Assembly (NCBI GenBank): GCA_950097015.1
Contig: CATNEN010000025.1
Location: 5,208,001-5,272,000, forward strand
Length of the DNA: 64,000 nucleotides
From: Macrostomum hystrix
Taxonomy: Eukaryota > Animalia > Platyhelminthes
Direction: 5' to 3'
Shown here: piece after piece, positions 13,267 to 24,910 of the stretch
Position numbering within the stretch: the stretch's first letter is position 1
Layout of the letters: the number at the start of each line of letters is the position of its first letter
Made by a program: the position numbers and the translations under genes
The notes under the pieces: generated by a model
What the model was told of the DNA's origin: nothing
Seen by the model: the letters and a program-made list of their open reading frames with translations, nothing else
Database searches by the model: none

Positions 13267-13640
13267 TTCTCCTCCAGCTAAAGGATGACGGTCAACACCG
13301 GCTGGCCGTCAGCCGCACGTAAACAAAAATCAGGTACGTCCTTTTTATTTTTATTTCGAAATCAACAAACAAAAAAAAACCATCAAGCTACAAGAACAAA
13401 CACAAACAAGACACACTAATAAAACAAAGGTTACTGGATACCAAAAACACATCAGGGCCAACAACAAAAAAAATGCCAAAGGGGGACTCCCTTTGGGGTC
13501 CAACGACCAATACACTGGATAAACGAGAATAATTCGTACCGACGCAAACCACAGCAGCGAAGGTATCATAAACAAAACATAACAGAGGGGGACAGCGGAG
13601 GGGGTGGGCCCCTTAAGGTCGGCGGGCGCCTCAAGTCTCT

Positions 13641-14504
13641 CTACACCGCGGCCATGCGTACTAACGCCTCCGGCAGCAACCAGCCCTCAACCAGCTCGAC
13701 GACTGCCTGCCCGTACCTGGCTACTAGCTGATGCGGTGCCGCCGCCAATCCGCCGACCATAACTTCCGCCCGTGCCGCGGCTTCTTGGGCCATCTCCCGC
13801 CTAGTAGCCCTGTCCTCGGCTGCGAATCCTTGATGTACCGCCATGGGCCACCCGTCATCTCTCTCCATCCGTGCGGCGCGGGCTAGGGACTCGGCCACCC
13901 CTAGTATGGCCGCCTCGCGTGCTGGTGCTCTATGGCCCCATTGAGCCCGGCGCTGCCTGCGTCGCTGGGCGCCGCCTCTTCGACGTCTGGGCCTAGCAGC
14001 GGCCCCTCCCAGCTCTTCCTCCTGGCTGCTGGCTTCATCGTCCAGCATGCCCTCATCCTCAGACGGCATGCCAAACTGCAGCTGAGCCCACAGGTCCTCA
14101 TTCACATCCACTTGAGCGTCCATCGAGCCGCTGCTGCTGGAGCTCAACTGTGGGCGAGCTGCCTGGCAGGCAACGTCCTGAACTTCAGCGGCCGCCATGC
14201 AAGCCTGGTCCCTCTTGGCTCTAGAGACCGCATGGGGCGCCTCTGGCGCGACTCGCTTACGCTGCTGCGAACATCGGGGAAGGGCGGGCATGAAGTTCTG
14301 ATGCCAGTTTGGTGAGCGCTGACCCAAAGGGAAGGGCGCACTGTTCCCAAACTGACGCTTCAAAAGTGCTAGCCCATCACTTACCGGCTCTTGGCGCTCC
14401 TTCAGGGGGCTCCTGGCTGCCTCCTGAACTCGACGTGTTGGGGCCGGCAGCTTTGGCCTAGTGGCAACTCTCTCTTCTGGTCCGCAGTTTTCTTTGGCAT
14501 CCAT
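13641..14504 (-). CDS. Accessory ORF (287 aa) of the Gypsy element, between integrase and PPT; unknown function
   Basis: Intact ATG-to-stop ORF starting 65 nt after the pol stop on the same strand. It has an acidic patch (SEDEGMLDDEASSQEEE) followed by an Arg-rich patch (RPRRRRGGAQRRRQRR). No signal peptide or TM segment is visible. Confidence 0.6.
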   Translation of the reverse strand: MDAKENCGPEERVATRPKLPAPTRRVQEAARSPLKERQEPVSDGLALLKRQFGNSAPFPLGQRSPNWHQNFMPALPRCSQQRKRVAPEAPHAVSRAKRDQACMAAAEVQDVACQAARPQLSSSSSGSMDAQVDVNEDLWAQLQFGMPSEDEGMLDDEASSQEEELGGAAARPRRRRGGAQRRRQRRAQWGHRAPAREAAILGVAESLARAARMERDDGWPMAVHQGFAAEDRATRREMAQEAAARAEVMVGGLAAAPHQLVARYGQAVVELVEGWLLPEALVRMAAV

Positions 14505-14568
14505 CCGTACTTTGTAATCTTCTTCTTTTCTTTAAGGATGTTTTCTGGCCTTGCTTCGGGCTGGGATG

Positions 14569-16224
14569 TCACTGGAACATTGTAGGTAGGCCATACATTG
14601 CTCTGATGAAGTAGGATTTCTTGCTAGGATCTATTTGCAGCCTTTCAGGCTCTCGCCTATCTCTCTGCGGCCTTTGCCGCGGCTCTAGATCCCTAGCTTC
14701 ACCTACTTCCTGGTTCTGAGCAGCCTCACCTACTTCTTCGGCCCAAACACCATCTGCAACTTCCCCGAGCACCGAGGATGGGATAGGGGACGGGATTGGA
14801 GACGGCGACAGACTGTCCGACGGCTGGACAATTACATCACCTAAAACCTCATCCGCCTCTTCTCCATTGCAGATCTCGTGGCCAGCTAGTTCATGAAGAT
14901 TCGACCTGGAGGCAGCTCGTGGTCGCAAATGCCACCTTCGAGCGCCCCACAGGCCGATCCCATCGTCGTCGTCGTCGTCATCGCTGCTTCCTGGCTCGCC
15001 GGACGCGTCAGCTGCCGGAGGGCCACCCTTGGGCCGCCTTCCGCGCTTCTGCAGTGCCATGCTCGCCTCTTCCGTCTCGCTGCACATCGAGGCCGGTACC
15101 GGGAGCAGGTTGCGCCGATGTACTACCAGCACCTGCTTCCTGGCCTTTTTGGTGTTGCCGTGTCGCCTGATCTTATAAACCGTCTCGCCCTTGCTCTCGA
15201 GCACCACGTAGACCGACTGTCGGGGCCGATGGAACTTGCTGATCTCGCCGGACTCGATCCCCGGGTTGTTGAGTAAGACCAGCTGGCCCGGGCGGAGTGG
15301 TTTCGCCTGCGGCCTCTCCTGATAGTGCTCCTCCCGCAGCACCTGGTACCTCTCGAGCTTGTCCCGGGCGCAGTCAACAGCCTGGTTGATGCGCTCCTGG
15401 AACTGTCGGAGATAGTCTGGAAGGTCTGCGTATTCAGCCAGTGCAGTCAACGTGTTGTCCACGGGCAGCCGGTACTCCCGTCCGAAGACCAGGAAGTACG
15501 GCGTGTACCCGGTCACAGGGTGGACACTGGTGCGCAACGCGATTAAGCACGCGGGCAGCATCAGGTCCCAATCCCTGTGATCTTTTTCCAACAAACACGT
15601 GAGCACTGACTTAATCTGGCGATTCAGGTTCTCAACCTGGCCATTGCTGGCTGGGTTGTAGGGACACGTGTACGTGTGACGGATTCCGTACAGCTTACAG
15701 AAGTCTTCAAACTCTGCGCTCATGAAGTTCGTCCCCTGGTCCGTGTGCAACCAAGCTGGTGCACCGTACTCGGGAATAAACCGATCTAGCAGCAGTTTGA
15801 GCACTGTCTTAGACTTCTGGTTCCTCATCGGGTAAGCGAACGGGTACTTCGATGTTGCATCACACAGGGTTAGGATATACCGATGTCCTCGGGCACTCGG
15901 CTGAGACAAAGGCCCGATCACGTCGGCGTGCACCCTCCCCAAGACCTCACACACTGGAAAGTTCTGCGGTGGGACCATCTCTTTCCGCCTTGTCTTGCTT
16001 TCCAGACATGTCCTGCAACGCGCAACGTACCCCGTCGCCTCTGTCCAGAGACCGGGTCTCCAGAACCTGTCTTTCACTCTCTGAACCGTCTTGGACTGGC
16101 CGAGATGACCCGCCAAAGGTGAGTCATGCAAGGCCTCAAAGACGCGCGAGTCTAATGCTTTCGGTAGCACCGGTCGCGGCGGCCGGTTGTCATCAAAGTC
16201 AATGACGAGCAACCCGTCGCGCAC
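14569..16224 (-). CDS. Gypsy integrase (C-terminal part of pol; open frame of 551 aa)
   Basis: HDSPLAGHLG...CRTC zinc finger; VHADVIGP, HTDQGTNF and NGQVENLNR catalytic motifs; GYTPYFLVFGRE; long acidic C-terminal extension. Confidence 0.93.
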   Translation of the reverse strand: MRDGLLVIDFDDNRPPRPVLPKALDSRVFEALHDSPLAGHLGQSKTVQRVKDRFWRPGLWTEATGYVARCRTCLESKTRRKEMVPPQNFPVCEVLGRVHADVIGPLSQPSARGHRYILTLCDATSKYPFAYPMRNQKSKTVLKLLLDRFIPEYGAPAWLHTDQGTNFMSAEFEDFCKLYGIRHTYTCPYNPASNGQVENLNRQIKSVLTCLLEKDHRDWDLMLPACLIALRTSVHPVTGYTPYFLVFGREYRLPVDNTLTALAEYADLPDYLRQFQERINQAVDCARDKLERYQVLREEHYQERPQAKPLRPGQLVLLNNPGIESGEISKFHRPRQSVYVVLESKGETVYKIRRHGNTKKARKQVLVVHRRNLLPVPASMCSETEEASMALQKRGRRPKGGPPAADASGEPGSSDDDDDDDGIGLWGARRWHLRPRAASRSNLHELAGHEICNGEEADEVLGDVIVQPSDSLSPSPIPSPIPSSVLGEVADGVWAEEVGEAAQNQEVGEARDLEPRQRPQRDRREPERLQIDPSKKSYFIRAMYGLPTMFQ

Positions 16225-17409
16225 CCCCAGCTCCTCAAATGCACCCAGCAGGTCTCTGACCTCCTTCGCATCTGGAGTCGCTGATCGAACCTGGGCTTTT
16301 CCCTTCCTGACAGCTTCAGTTCCGTCAGGTACCGGATTGCCGGGTCTTGGTGCTGAGCTTCTAGCAACTCAACCTGGCTAACCGGCGCCCTCAGGAACTC
16401 TGTCACCACTGCTCTTACCGGAGGCAGCTCTCCACTGTCTTCGTCCTCCTTGTCCTTGGACCCAGGAGCCCTGGCAGCAGGGGGTGTCCTTGACAGGCGA
16501 GACTGGTCGCAACGAGTCTGACAACACCCCTCCACCTCTGCTCCCTGTCCCACGGAGAGACCAACAGTCGGCAGGCAGGACTGGCTGCAACGAGCTAACT
16601 GCTGATCTTCCTGACCCGAGGACCCTGACACAGCGGGATGTCGCTCATCGAGCCAGCGACTTCTCCCCTGTTTCTGAGAACTCCTCGACAGCAGGATTCG
16701 GTGTCTGCAGGCAGGACTGGCTGCAACGAGCGGACACTTCCTCCTCTGTCTCCGGACACACCAGAGGCTCTGGATCTGGCGCCTGCAGGCAGGACTGGCT
16801 GCAACGAGCGGGCACTTTTTCCTTCACCTCTGAGCCTTCAGCCACCACTTGAGTCTGCACCTGTGCCTTGGCATCACAGCCCCGCACCCAGTGCTCCTCC
16901 CTTGTGGCTCCCTGGCTCCAGCTATCTTCAGTAGCTACCGTCTGCACGGCGGCATCCAGTCTGCAGGCAGAACTGGCTGCAACGAGCTGACTGCGGAGCC
17001 CCGTAGACAGGTGCTTCCCGCCTCAAAAGCTGGCCTGCGGTCGTGTCTTCCTGACACCCTTGCAGCACCGCCTTATCTCGGCGCACCTGGACAGGTTCCA
17101 GGACCGGCTCTTCCACCAGTCCTTTGGACACAGCTGCTTCCCTTCCTGATCGGCCGTCAGCGACATCCTGGGCCTTGGGTTTCACAGCTCGCAGTGGTTC
17201 TGCGGCCTCATTGGTTTCACCCTGTTTATTGATCCCTTCCTGTCCCTCCTCCAGCTGACTCGAAAATAGGCGGGTGCAAGCACTCGCACCGAACTGGTTG
17301 TGAGGTTTTAATACTCCAAATGAACAATTGACCGGGTTATCCGGCTTTCTCGACATCGAGTCAGCATTTTGGTGAGACTTTCCAGGACGATAAACAATGG
17401 TGAAATGAA

Positions 17410-18150
17410 TTTAAATGAATTTAATCCCCAGCTTGGCCCGGCCTATTGGCTACTAATTCTATGTATTTATTCCCCAGTTGGATTGGCCCATAGACCAGAT
17501 AAATTTCAACGGCCAAATAAATAAATTTATCTGGTCTATGGGCCAATCCAACTGGGGAATAAATGGTATATATTCCCCAATTATTTTGTTGTCTAGCGGG
17601 CAAAAGCAAGAGGTGTCTCGTTTATTGACCGAGGCGAAGCCGAGGTCAATGATCGAGACACCGTGTGCTTTTGGCCCTAGACAGCTAAATGAGTGGGGAA
17701 TATGATATGTATCCCCCGTTCGGTGTGTGTAGCTTTTGTGTGCTACACTTTTTTGCTAGTTTTTGTTAGTCTATGGTTGTTGTCTCGAATTTATCAGCCC
17801 GCGGGGCAGCGGGAAATAAATGATTTATATATTTACCTAGGGAAATAAATGAAAACATGCGTCACATAGACACTCGCCCGGGGCAAAAGGGGGATACATA
17901 CATTATCACCCACTTGTTTGACTTATCTATGGCCGAAAACGTCTTCGTTGTCTATGGCCTAGGAACGGCTTCGGACTGCGCTGTAAATAGTTTTATTAGT
18001 GCAATATCATGAGCCAGGCCAAGCTTTAGGATTAAATACTATAATACCCCCTGAAATCGTTGTCTATGGCCTAGGAACGGCTGAGGACGCGTTTCTTGGC
18101 CGAGGCGAAGCCGAGGCAAAGAAACAAAATCAGGGTGGTATTATTCTATA
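17410..18150. mobile_element. Hairpin-rich non-coding element that truncates the Gypsy pol (possibly a non-autonomous Crypton-like DNA element)
   Basis: Perfect 42-bp inverted repeat (17465-17506 / 17523-17564). Two copies of the ccgaggcgaagccgagg hairpin (~17628, ~18100). Direct repeat tcgttgtctatggcctaggaacggct (~17945, ~18057). Inverted pair ataccccctga / tcagggtggtat. The family assignment is inference. Confidence 0.55.
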
Positions 18151-18829
18151 CTTCAGATAAATAATTGATTCACATACGATCCTTTAGTTAATTTTAATAG
18201 TTAATTTAACTTTTAAATTCAGTAAAAATTATACAAATGAGTTATGTTTAACGATTTTCGTAATAAAACTTGAGAAATGATTGAATCAATTGATAACTAT
18301 CGCTTATTTACTGAAAGCTGACCTTACAGTGTGTACTTTAACAGTGTATTATAATCAATAAATCACCTATATTTAATTAATATGTAAAATTATTAACAAT
18401 GGCACAAAGACAATATCTAATGATTTTAAGTGAAAATGAAGAGCGCAATCTATATGCTGATCTGGATAAGGAAGAATCTTGTCCATACGAAATTGTGCTT
18501 CTGAATGCAAATCAATGATATAGGCACTTGCCCGCGATAACATGGAATTTACTATACGCTCGTAAATAATCCGATTTTCAACTGCACCTTGAATTAATAA
18601 GACAAATAGTTTTTTTACAAAACAGTTCGCAAAAGCATGACTTTCAAAACTAAAGGTTGTAATCTATTAAAGAACGTAAGTTAAAAATAACATGCACTCA
18701 TCATTGTATAAAATGAGTAACCGTCTGCAAAAAAACAATGATCACCACAATCATCCAATCGGATATGTCAGCCGCTTTGAAGCGTTTCAAATAAGCGAGT
18801 CCGCTATGCTTCTAAAAACGCATCTGTTA

Positions 18830-19262
18830 CGCGTTTGAGTCATTAGAGAAGCGTTTGAGTAATTAGAGAAGCGTTTGAGTAATTAGAGAATCGTTTGAGT
18901 AATTAGAGAAGCGTTTGAGTAATTAGAGAAGCGTTTGAGTAATTACAGAAGCGTTTGAGTAATTAGAGAAGCGTTTGAGTAATTAGAGAAGCGTTTGAGT
19001 AATTAGAGAAGCGTTTGAGTCATTAGAGAAGCGTTTGAGTCATTAGAGAAGCGTTTGAGTCATTAGAGAAGCGTTTGAGTAATTAGAGAAGCGTTTGAGT
19101 AATTAGAGAAGCGTTTGAGTAATTACAGAAGCGTTTGAGTAATTAGAGAAGCGTTTGAGTAATTAGAGAAGCGTTTGAGTCATCAGAGAAACGTCTGGGC
19201 TGCTAGAGAAGCGTTTGGGTCATTAGAGAAGTGTTTGAGTCATTAGGGAAACGTTTGAGTCT
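18830..19262. repeat. 20-bp minisatellite (gcgtttgagtaattagagaa)n, ~21 copies
   Basis: Near-perfect tandem copies that degenerate at the right end. Confidence 0.95.
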
Positions 19263-19554
19263 TTAGTGACTAATATAAAGGATAAGTTGCTGTAAATAGT
19301 TTAGAACTGCCAAACAAACAAACAAATAAACAAACAAACAATAATGATCATTGTTTTTGCAAGACAATTCTGAAATATTTTCGATACAGACAATTTTTAT
19401 GCACAGCGGGTTATAATGTACATAATATAACGAGAAACTACACCTATTCGCTTAATAAAGTACTATTAAATCATAACTTAATCATAATCTTGTAGATACC
19501 AGGAAGCATTAGGTTGAGTATATATTAAGTCCAATCATAACAAACAGAGCCAGT

Positions 19555-22500
19555 TTATCCAATACAGGCACTAGCGGCATTCTTAATAGCCGTCCTAGCA
19601 TAAGGAATGTAGCTGATTGAGTACCAGGTGAGGGCCAGGAACTGTAGAATGCAGAATAACACGGTCAGAACTACACTGTTCCATAGAAAGGCCGACAGCA
19701 GAGCCAGGGTCATGAACAGCAGCATTAGCAGGGTGGCAATTAGGCGGGTAGGGGCGAACATCTTCTTTAGTTGGTTAAGCGGACCCATTAGAAAGCAGGT
19801 GGAGGCCAGGGACATAATGTTGCCCAGTGTGTAGAACACGGCGAAGATGATCACACCGCGAAACGGAATAGCAAGGAAGAAGCTGCCCTGAAAATAAAAT
19901 ATAAATTCAGGAGACTGTGTTTTTAATGCTGGTAACTGCAGGCAATAGCTATATTACATTGGTCATAATATTATGGGGCTTTCTTACGAAATTTGTCACC
20001 GCAAATCTCAGCAAATAGCCTTTTTTATCATTTTAGAGTCTCCCAATAAAGGTACTCTTTGCACGTCTGTCTTGCTAAACTGCACATAACTTTGGACCAT
20101 AGACAGTGGAAGCGTGCACCTATGAAGCGTAAGAGGCGACAAAATCCTGTCTATCCACTTCTGCAACGCATTTTTATGACATCTGGCACGGAATAAAAAC
20201 ATGTGTACTCTTGTGTACTCTTGGTCGGCTTATGACATTAGTAATTCTACATTGCGCATACCAGCAATGACAGGCCGCAGCCAATCCCGAAGCAGATCAG
20301 AAAGCCTTTAATCCTAGTACTCCAGCTGAAGGTTGCACTCTCGTTAATCTACAAAGTCATATAAAAGCTTATTAAAACGCAGATTAAATAAAAATAGAAA
20401 TGACACGGCACTAAAACTTAAATTATATTAAGAGAAAGTCAAAACAACTATGAAGATATGTAGTGCTTATAGATGGAAATAGGTGACCTGTAGTTTTAAG
20501 TCAAGGTAAAACTACCACAAGAGAAAAGCCAGAGGAACAGGCTATTGTTATAAAGACAAAGAGCAGAAAGCTTATTATTCAGTTAACAAAGAATGTTCCT
20601 ATACCAGTAGTTTCAATTAAATTTGCAAAGAACTCTCGAAAACACAACATGGGTTAGTGAATGAAATACTAAACTACTTTCTAGTTGTTGTGTGTATCTT
20701 GCCATGTAGAAGGCTATTGGGCTCTCGCGAGCTGTCTGAAACTCTATTAAAAAGTTATTTCCTATTAAAAGTACATTGAAGAGATGGCTTATATCAGCTT
20801 TCTTTGACAAATTCATAAAGTGAGAAATTTACCTGCTGCATTTTTTCGCTCAGTGACGTTTTGAACTAAATTAGTTTCACGGAATATTTCACAGTACAAG
20901 GAAGTGCAACTGGCACAGCCTTCTGCGGCTAGCCGGGCAAGTCATCCGGGTCAACACCTACTGCCCAGAACTGTTTAAACATATCCTGTTGCGGACTCAG
21001 CAGGGACAGCGTAGGCATAGGCTATTAGCCATCTCCGCGATCTACTCACATACAGATTTGTACTACGAGGGGCACTAAAAAAGTTCTGAGCCTGACCAAG
21101 ATCTTATAGTGGCAAAGTGCTGATACTTCAGGTTCTAAAAGCGGCACATGTTAATAGTAAATTGTCAACTTTTCATAATTTTCTGCATTCCCTAAGTCCT
21201 ATTGCACCATTATATTTCTAGCACCCCATGGCATTTTCTCAAGAATTAAAGCTTGAGCACAGGGCAGTGATCAAATTTCTGTCTCTGGAGGGCTCAAAGC
21301 CTGCTGAAATTCAAAGCCGCATTGCTGGTGTGTACGCTGACGCTGTCCCCTCATACGCCATCATCAAGCGCTGGGCAGCCGAGTTTAAGCGTGGCCGCGA
21401 CTCACTCGAAGATGACCCCCCGATGTGGACGACCCCGGACTGCTGTCACTGCCGACAACATCCAGCGCATCCAGGCTCTGGTTGACAGTGACCGGCGGCT
21501 GAAAGTCAGGGAACTTGCGGCAGACACTGGACTTTCTGACCCGCAAGTCATTGAGATCTTGCACAAGCATCTTCATCTGTCCAAGGTTTCTGCCAGATGG
21601 ATCCCACGAATCTTGACAAGGGACCAAAAGACCGCACGGGTGCAGTACTCAAAGCTTGTCCTGGACTCCTACGATCCGGACCCTGCCAACTTTCTGTCCT
21701 GCTGCGTGACCGGGGATGAGACGTAGATCCATCACCACGATCCCGAGTCCAAGCAGTGGCTGCCAGTTGGTTCACCTGCACCACTGAAGGCACGGACTAG
21801 AGGCAGTGCGGGCAAGATTATGCTGACCGTCTTCTGGGATGCCAAGGGCCCGCTGCTGCTGGACTTTATACCGCACAAGCAGTCACAGGCGCCTACTACG
21901 CTGACCTGATCGCCCGTCTGCGCGAGGCAATCAAGGAAAATAGGCGAGGGATGCTGAGCCGTGGCGTTGTGCTGCTGCACGACAACGCACCGGCCCACAC
22001 CAGCAGGATTGCCAAGGCTGCTTTCATTATCGCAGGGTTCCGAGAGCTGCCGCACCCGGCCTGTTCACCGGACCTGGCTCCGAGCGACTTCCACCTGTTT
22101 CCACATATCAAGCGGGCGCTCCGTGGACAGCGTTTGACACTGATGACGCGCTGAAGGATGCTGCAACTGCTTGGTTTGAGGGCTGCTCGGTGCAATTCTT
22201 CCAGAGTGGCATTGAGGCACTGCGATCAAGATGCCATAAGTGCATCTTGGTTGGGGGAGGCTATTTTGAGAAAAGCTGATCTTACTTTGCCAATATCTCC
22301 TCTCTTTCATGTTGAGGCTCAGAACTTTAATAGTGCCCCTCGTACATGTACATTTTTCTATAGATTTAAAGTGCAATGCCGAATCTACTAAGAATGGTTC
22401 TTCATAAAGTTACATCTGTGGGATTTTAGCTTACAAACAAGGCAAACAAACCAACAGCAACTTAAATATCAAAGAAGTTAGAGAATAAAGAAACAGAGCT

Positions 22501-22961
22501 ATATACTTGGTTATAAATAAATGACTGCATGCAGCAATATTGCTCGGCAGCTGCTATAATCTATTTTAATTACTTAATTTTTACGTAATTTAGACAACAT
22601 CCACACTACTCTACATAAAACTGTTTGATTTAAGTTGCAAACATGTTTAGGTAAAATAAAAAAAATATTGCTTAAGTAAACACAAATTGTACCCACACTT
22701 CTTAGCAGAGGAACATCATCTTCTTCCTAGAGAAAAAAATAAATGGAATAATCAAGAAAAATTCGGTTTGATGATTATGTTATAATTAGTTAAGCAAGGG
22801 AACAAAATATTCAGAAAATAAGCAATTCATATAAGAACAGAATTTTTCAAAACTAGAAAAAATTCTTTCATTAAAAGAGCAGCACTTACATCAGAAAATA
22901 TTCCATTCCTGGCTTCTGTCTCTTCATCATTGCCACTAAGAACTTTCTTTAGCTTGTCCAT
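19555..22961 (-). CDS. SFT2D2: Vesicle transport protein SFT2 (Got1/Sft2 family); exons 22961-22890, 20348-20262, 19887-19555
   Basis: MDKLKKVLSGNDEETEARNGIFSD | INESATFSWSTRIKGFLICFGIGCGLSLL | GSFFLAIPF...FAVFYTLGNIMSLASTCFLMGPLNQLKKMFAPTRLIAT...ALTWYSISYIPYAR matches SFT2D1/2. Both introns are phase-0 GT-AG. Paralog assignment is uncertain. Confidence 0.95.
20920..21040 (+). pseudogene. Short RTE-type LINE ORF2 C-terminal fragment
   Basis: Translates to RLAGQVIRVNTYCPELFKHILLRTQQGQRR, resembling the R-L-LAGH-IRA--YCP-PV--VLL tail of RTE-like LINEs. Confidence 0.45.
21066..22342 (+). mobile_element. Full-length (1277 bp) inactive mariner transposon, irritans/Hsmar2-like, in SFT2 intron 1
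   Basis: TA TSDs at 21064-65 and 22343-44. TIRs CGAGGGGCACTAAAAAAGTTCTGAGCCT / AGGCTCAGAACTTTAATAGTGCCCCTCG. Transposase motifs WIPR, VTGDET(W>stop), LLHDNAPAH and SPDLAPSDFHLF (D,D34D). Several frameshifts and a nonsense codon. Confidence 0.95.
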
Positions 22962-24910
22962 TTGTTAAGATATGTATATTCCTAAAAGAAAAGATATTTG
23001 ATCAATCATAATGGATAGAGGTTGCAAATTATCAAGCTCAGTATACAAAAAGTCAAGCTTTTTATTTGTCTATAAATATTTATTATAGGGTAATGTATCA
23101 TCAACCAAACAAGAATGTGTATTTTTTTAACTTCAAACCTAACCTACAGATTTTCTATTTAAGATATGGTGATAAATCAAAAGCCAAGTTATAGAAAACA
23201 GTTATTACATATTTCTAAAAAGTATCTGCTTTTGCTATTTTATCACATAGTAAAAAGTTATTCCTTCTTTTTATCTAAAAACCAAACAATGATTTTCATG
23301 GATCTTCAAACCAAACAGAGAATTTGAAGTTTGGTTTTACAATTTGAGTGAGTGGTTTAATCTTATTTTAAGGAGTGAACTATCATGAATATGTAATTTG
23401 AAAGCATTTTTCATGCTCTATAAATAACTACATTTATGGTCATTTAATTGGCAAGCAACCACATACAATCTTCGTCTAAAGTACATACTGAAAAAAATGT
23501 TGTTAAAAAGTATGCTTTTGCAATAAAAATTTCTACTGAAACATCAATATCTTTCTTTCCTCTTAATGCTTCATTGCACATCATGCCTCAGCTTATAGAT
23601 AATTTCTTCAACTTTCAAATTAGTTGTTCTGTGAAACACAATAGCTTGTTTCTGTCTTGCATGAGACCAAGGAAGAAGTCAAAATTCTTGTTCAGTTTTG
23701 AAGATACACTGTTCGGTTGATGATTCATTACCCTATGCCTAATTTAATCAGAATCTACTAACATTTAGGGCCCTAAAATATTTGTAAGTATTACATATAC
23801 TTACTTAAATAGTCTGTTGAGTATTGACCGAGTCATTATAAGAACAACATTGACATAATAGAGTAGCTATGCCTAACTAACCAGTATTGCCTCTAATTGC
23901 TAGCTAATGAGTTAAATGGAAGGATTTTTGTTTAAATTATGAAAGCTCTAAATAAAAAATATATATTCATAAATTGATAATCACTCACTGATAATGAATA
24001 ATAGCTACCTTAATTATAGCTAGTAATGATTAAAATCAAAGTAAACATATTTTGTTTATTCATTTTATAGCAAATAATCTAGGCTGGTTATGTCTTGAAG
24101 TCAATGGATTACCAATAATGTTTTAAAACAAGGAATATGGAAAATTTAATATTTTGTATTTATAAATAGACTATTTAATAATGAACTAACTTTAAGCTCT
24201 GTAAATGGTGCATGGCCCAGACACCCATATACCAAGACTGCCACAGCTTTGAATGGCTCCTAGGATGAGAGAAAGTCAAAATTTCTCTTTTTTAAGTGGC
24301 CATAACAGGCTTAGGGTAGGTAAGGTTTCTAGTCTTGTCCTCTGCTGCTATTTTATATTCAATTAAGTGTCTTTAAAAGAAACTTTATACAAACTTGACT
24401 GCCATACAGACAATTGACACAAAGTATATGCTGGGCAGCATTAATATTACATGTTACAGCATTAATAATCATAAAATATCATGTTGTTATAATGCACATA
24501 CAATGCACAATATTGATCAGATGCTTTTATGTCCACGTCACTTTAGTCTGTCCAGCATATCTAAACAAGATTTGACTCATTTTAAAGGCACATTCTCATG
24601 GTCATAAAATCAAATGCTATGTGAGAATTATTCATCTGCTCACAAATTTCATTTGCCTACAAATAAGTCAACTTGTCTATTGGCAGACAAGATCGCAGCA
24701 GACAAAGAGTCTGAAACTAGGTAGGTACTACCGTATTTGCTCTAGAATTCTCTATAGGGAGAACAAATGTTTACATAAAGGCTATTTTTCAAATGGATAG
24801 GCTACAGAAAAGATCTACATCACATACATTGCAAATGATCTAAGATACCTTGGAAACAACTTTAGTTTTAAAATTTAATTTTGAAATTAACTTACTTGAC
24901 TAGACAGTAC

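Larger units (their letters stand above)
12704..17407 (-). mobile_element. 5'-truncated Ty3/Gypsy LTR retrotransposon (RNase H end, repeat-rich tether, integrase, extra ORF, PPT, 3' LTR)
   Basis: Minus-strand translation at 17407-17350 gives FTIVYRPGKSHQNADSMSR (RNase H C-terminus). An H2C2 zinc finger and a D,D35E integrase follow, in Gypsy domain order. gag, protease and RT are absent. Confidence 0.9.

Noticed and set aside
18830-19262. CRISPR-like regular repeats (also 36418-36900 and 43631-46018)
   Set aside because: The units are directly adjacent with no unique spacers, there are no cas genes, and the context is eukaryotic.
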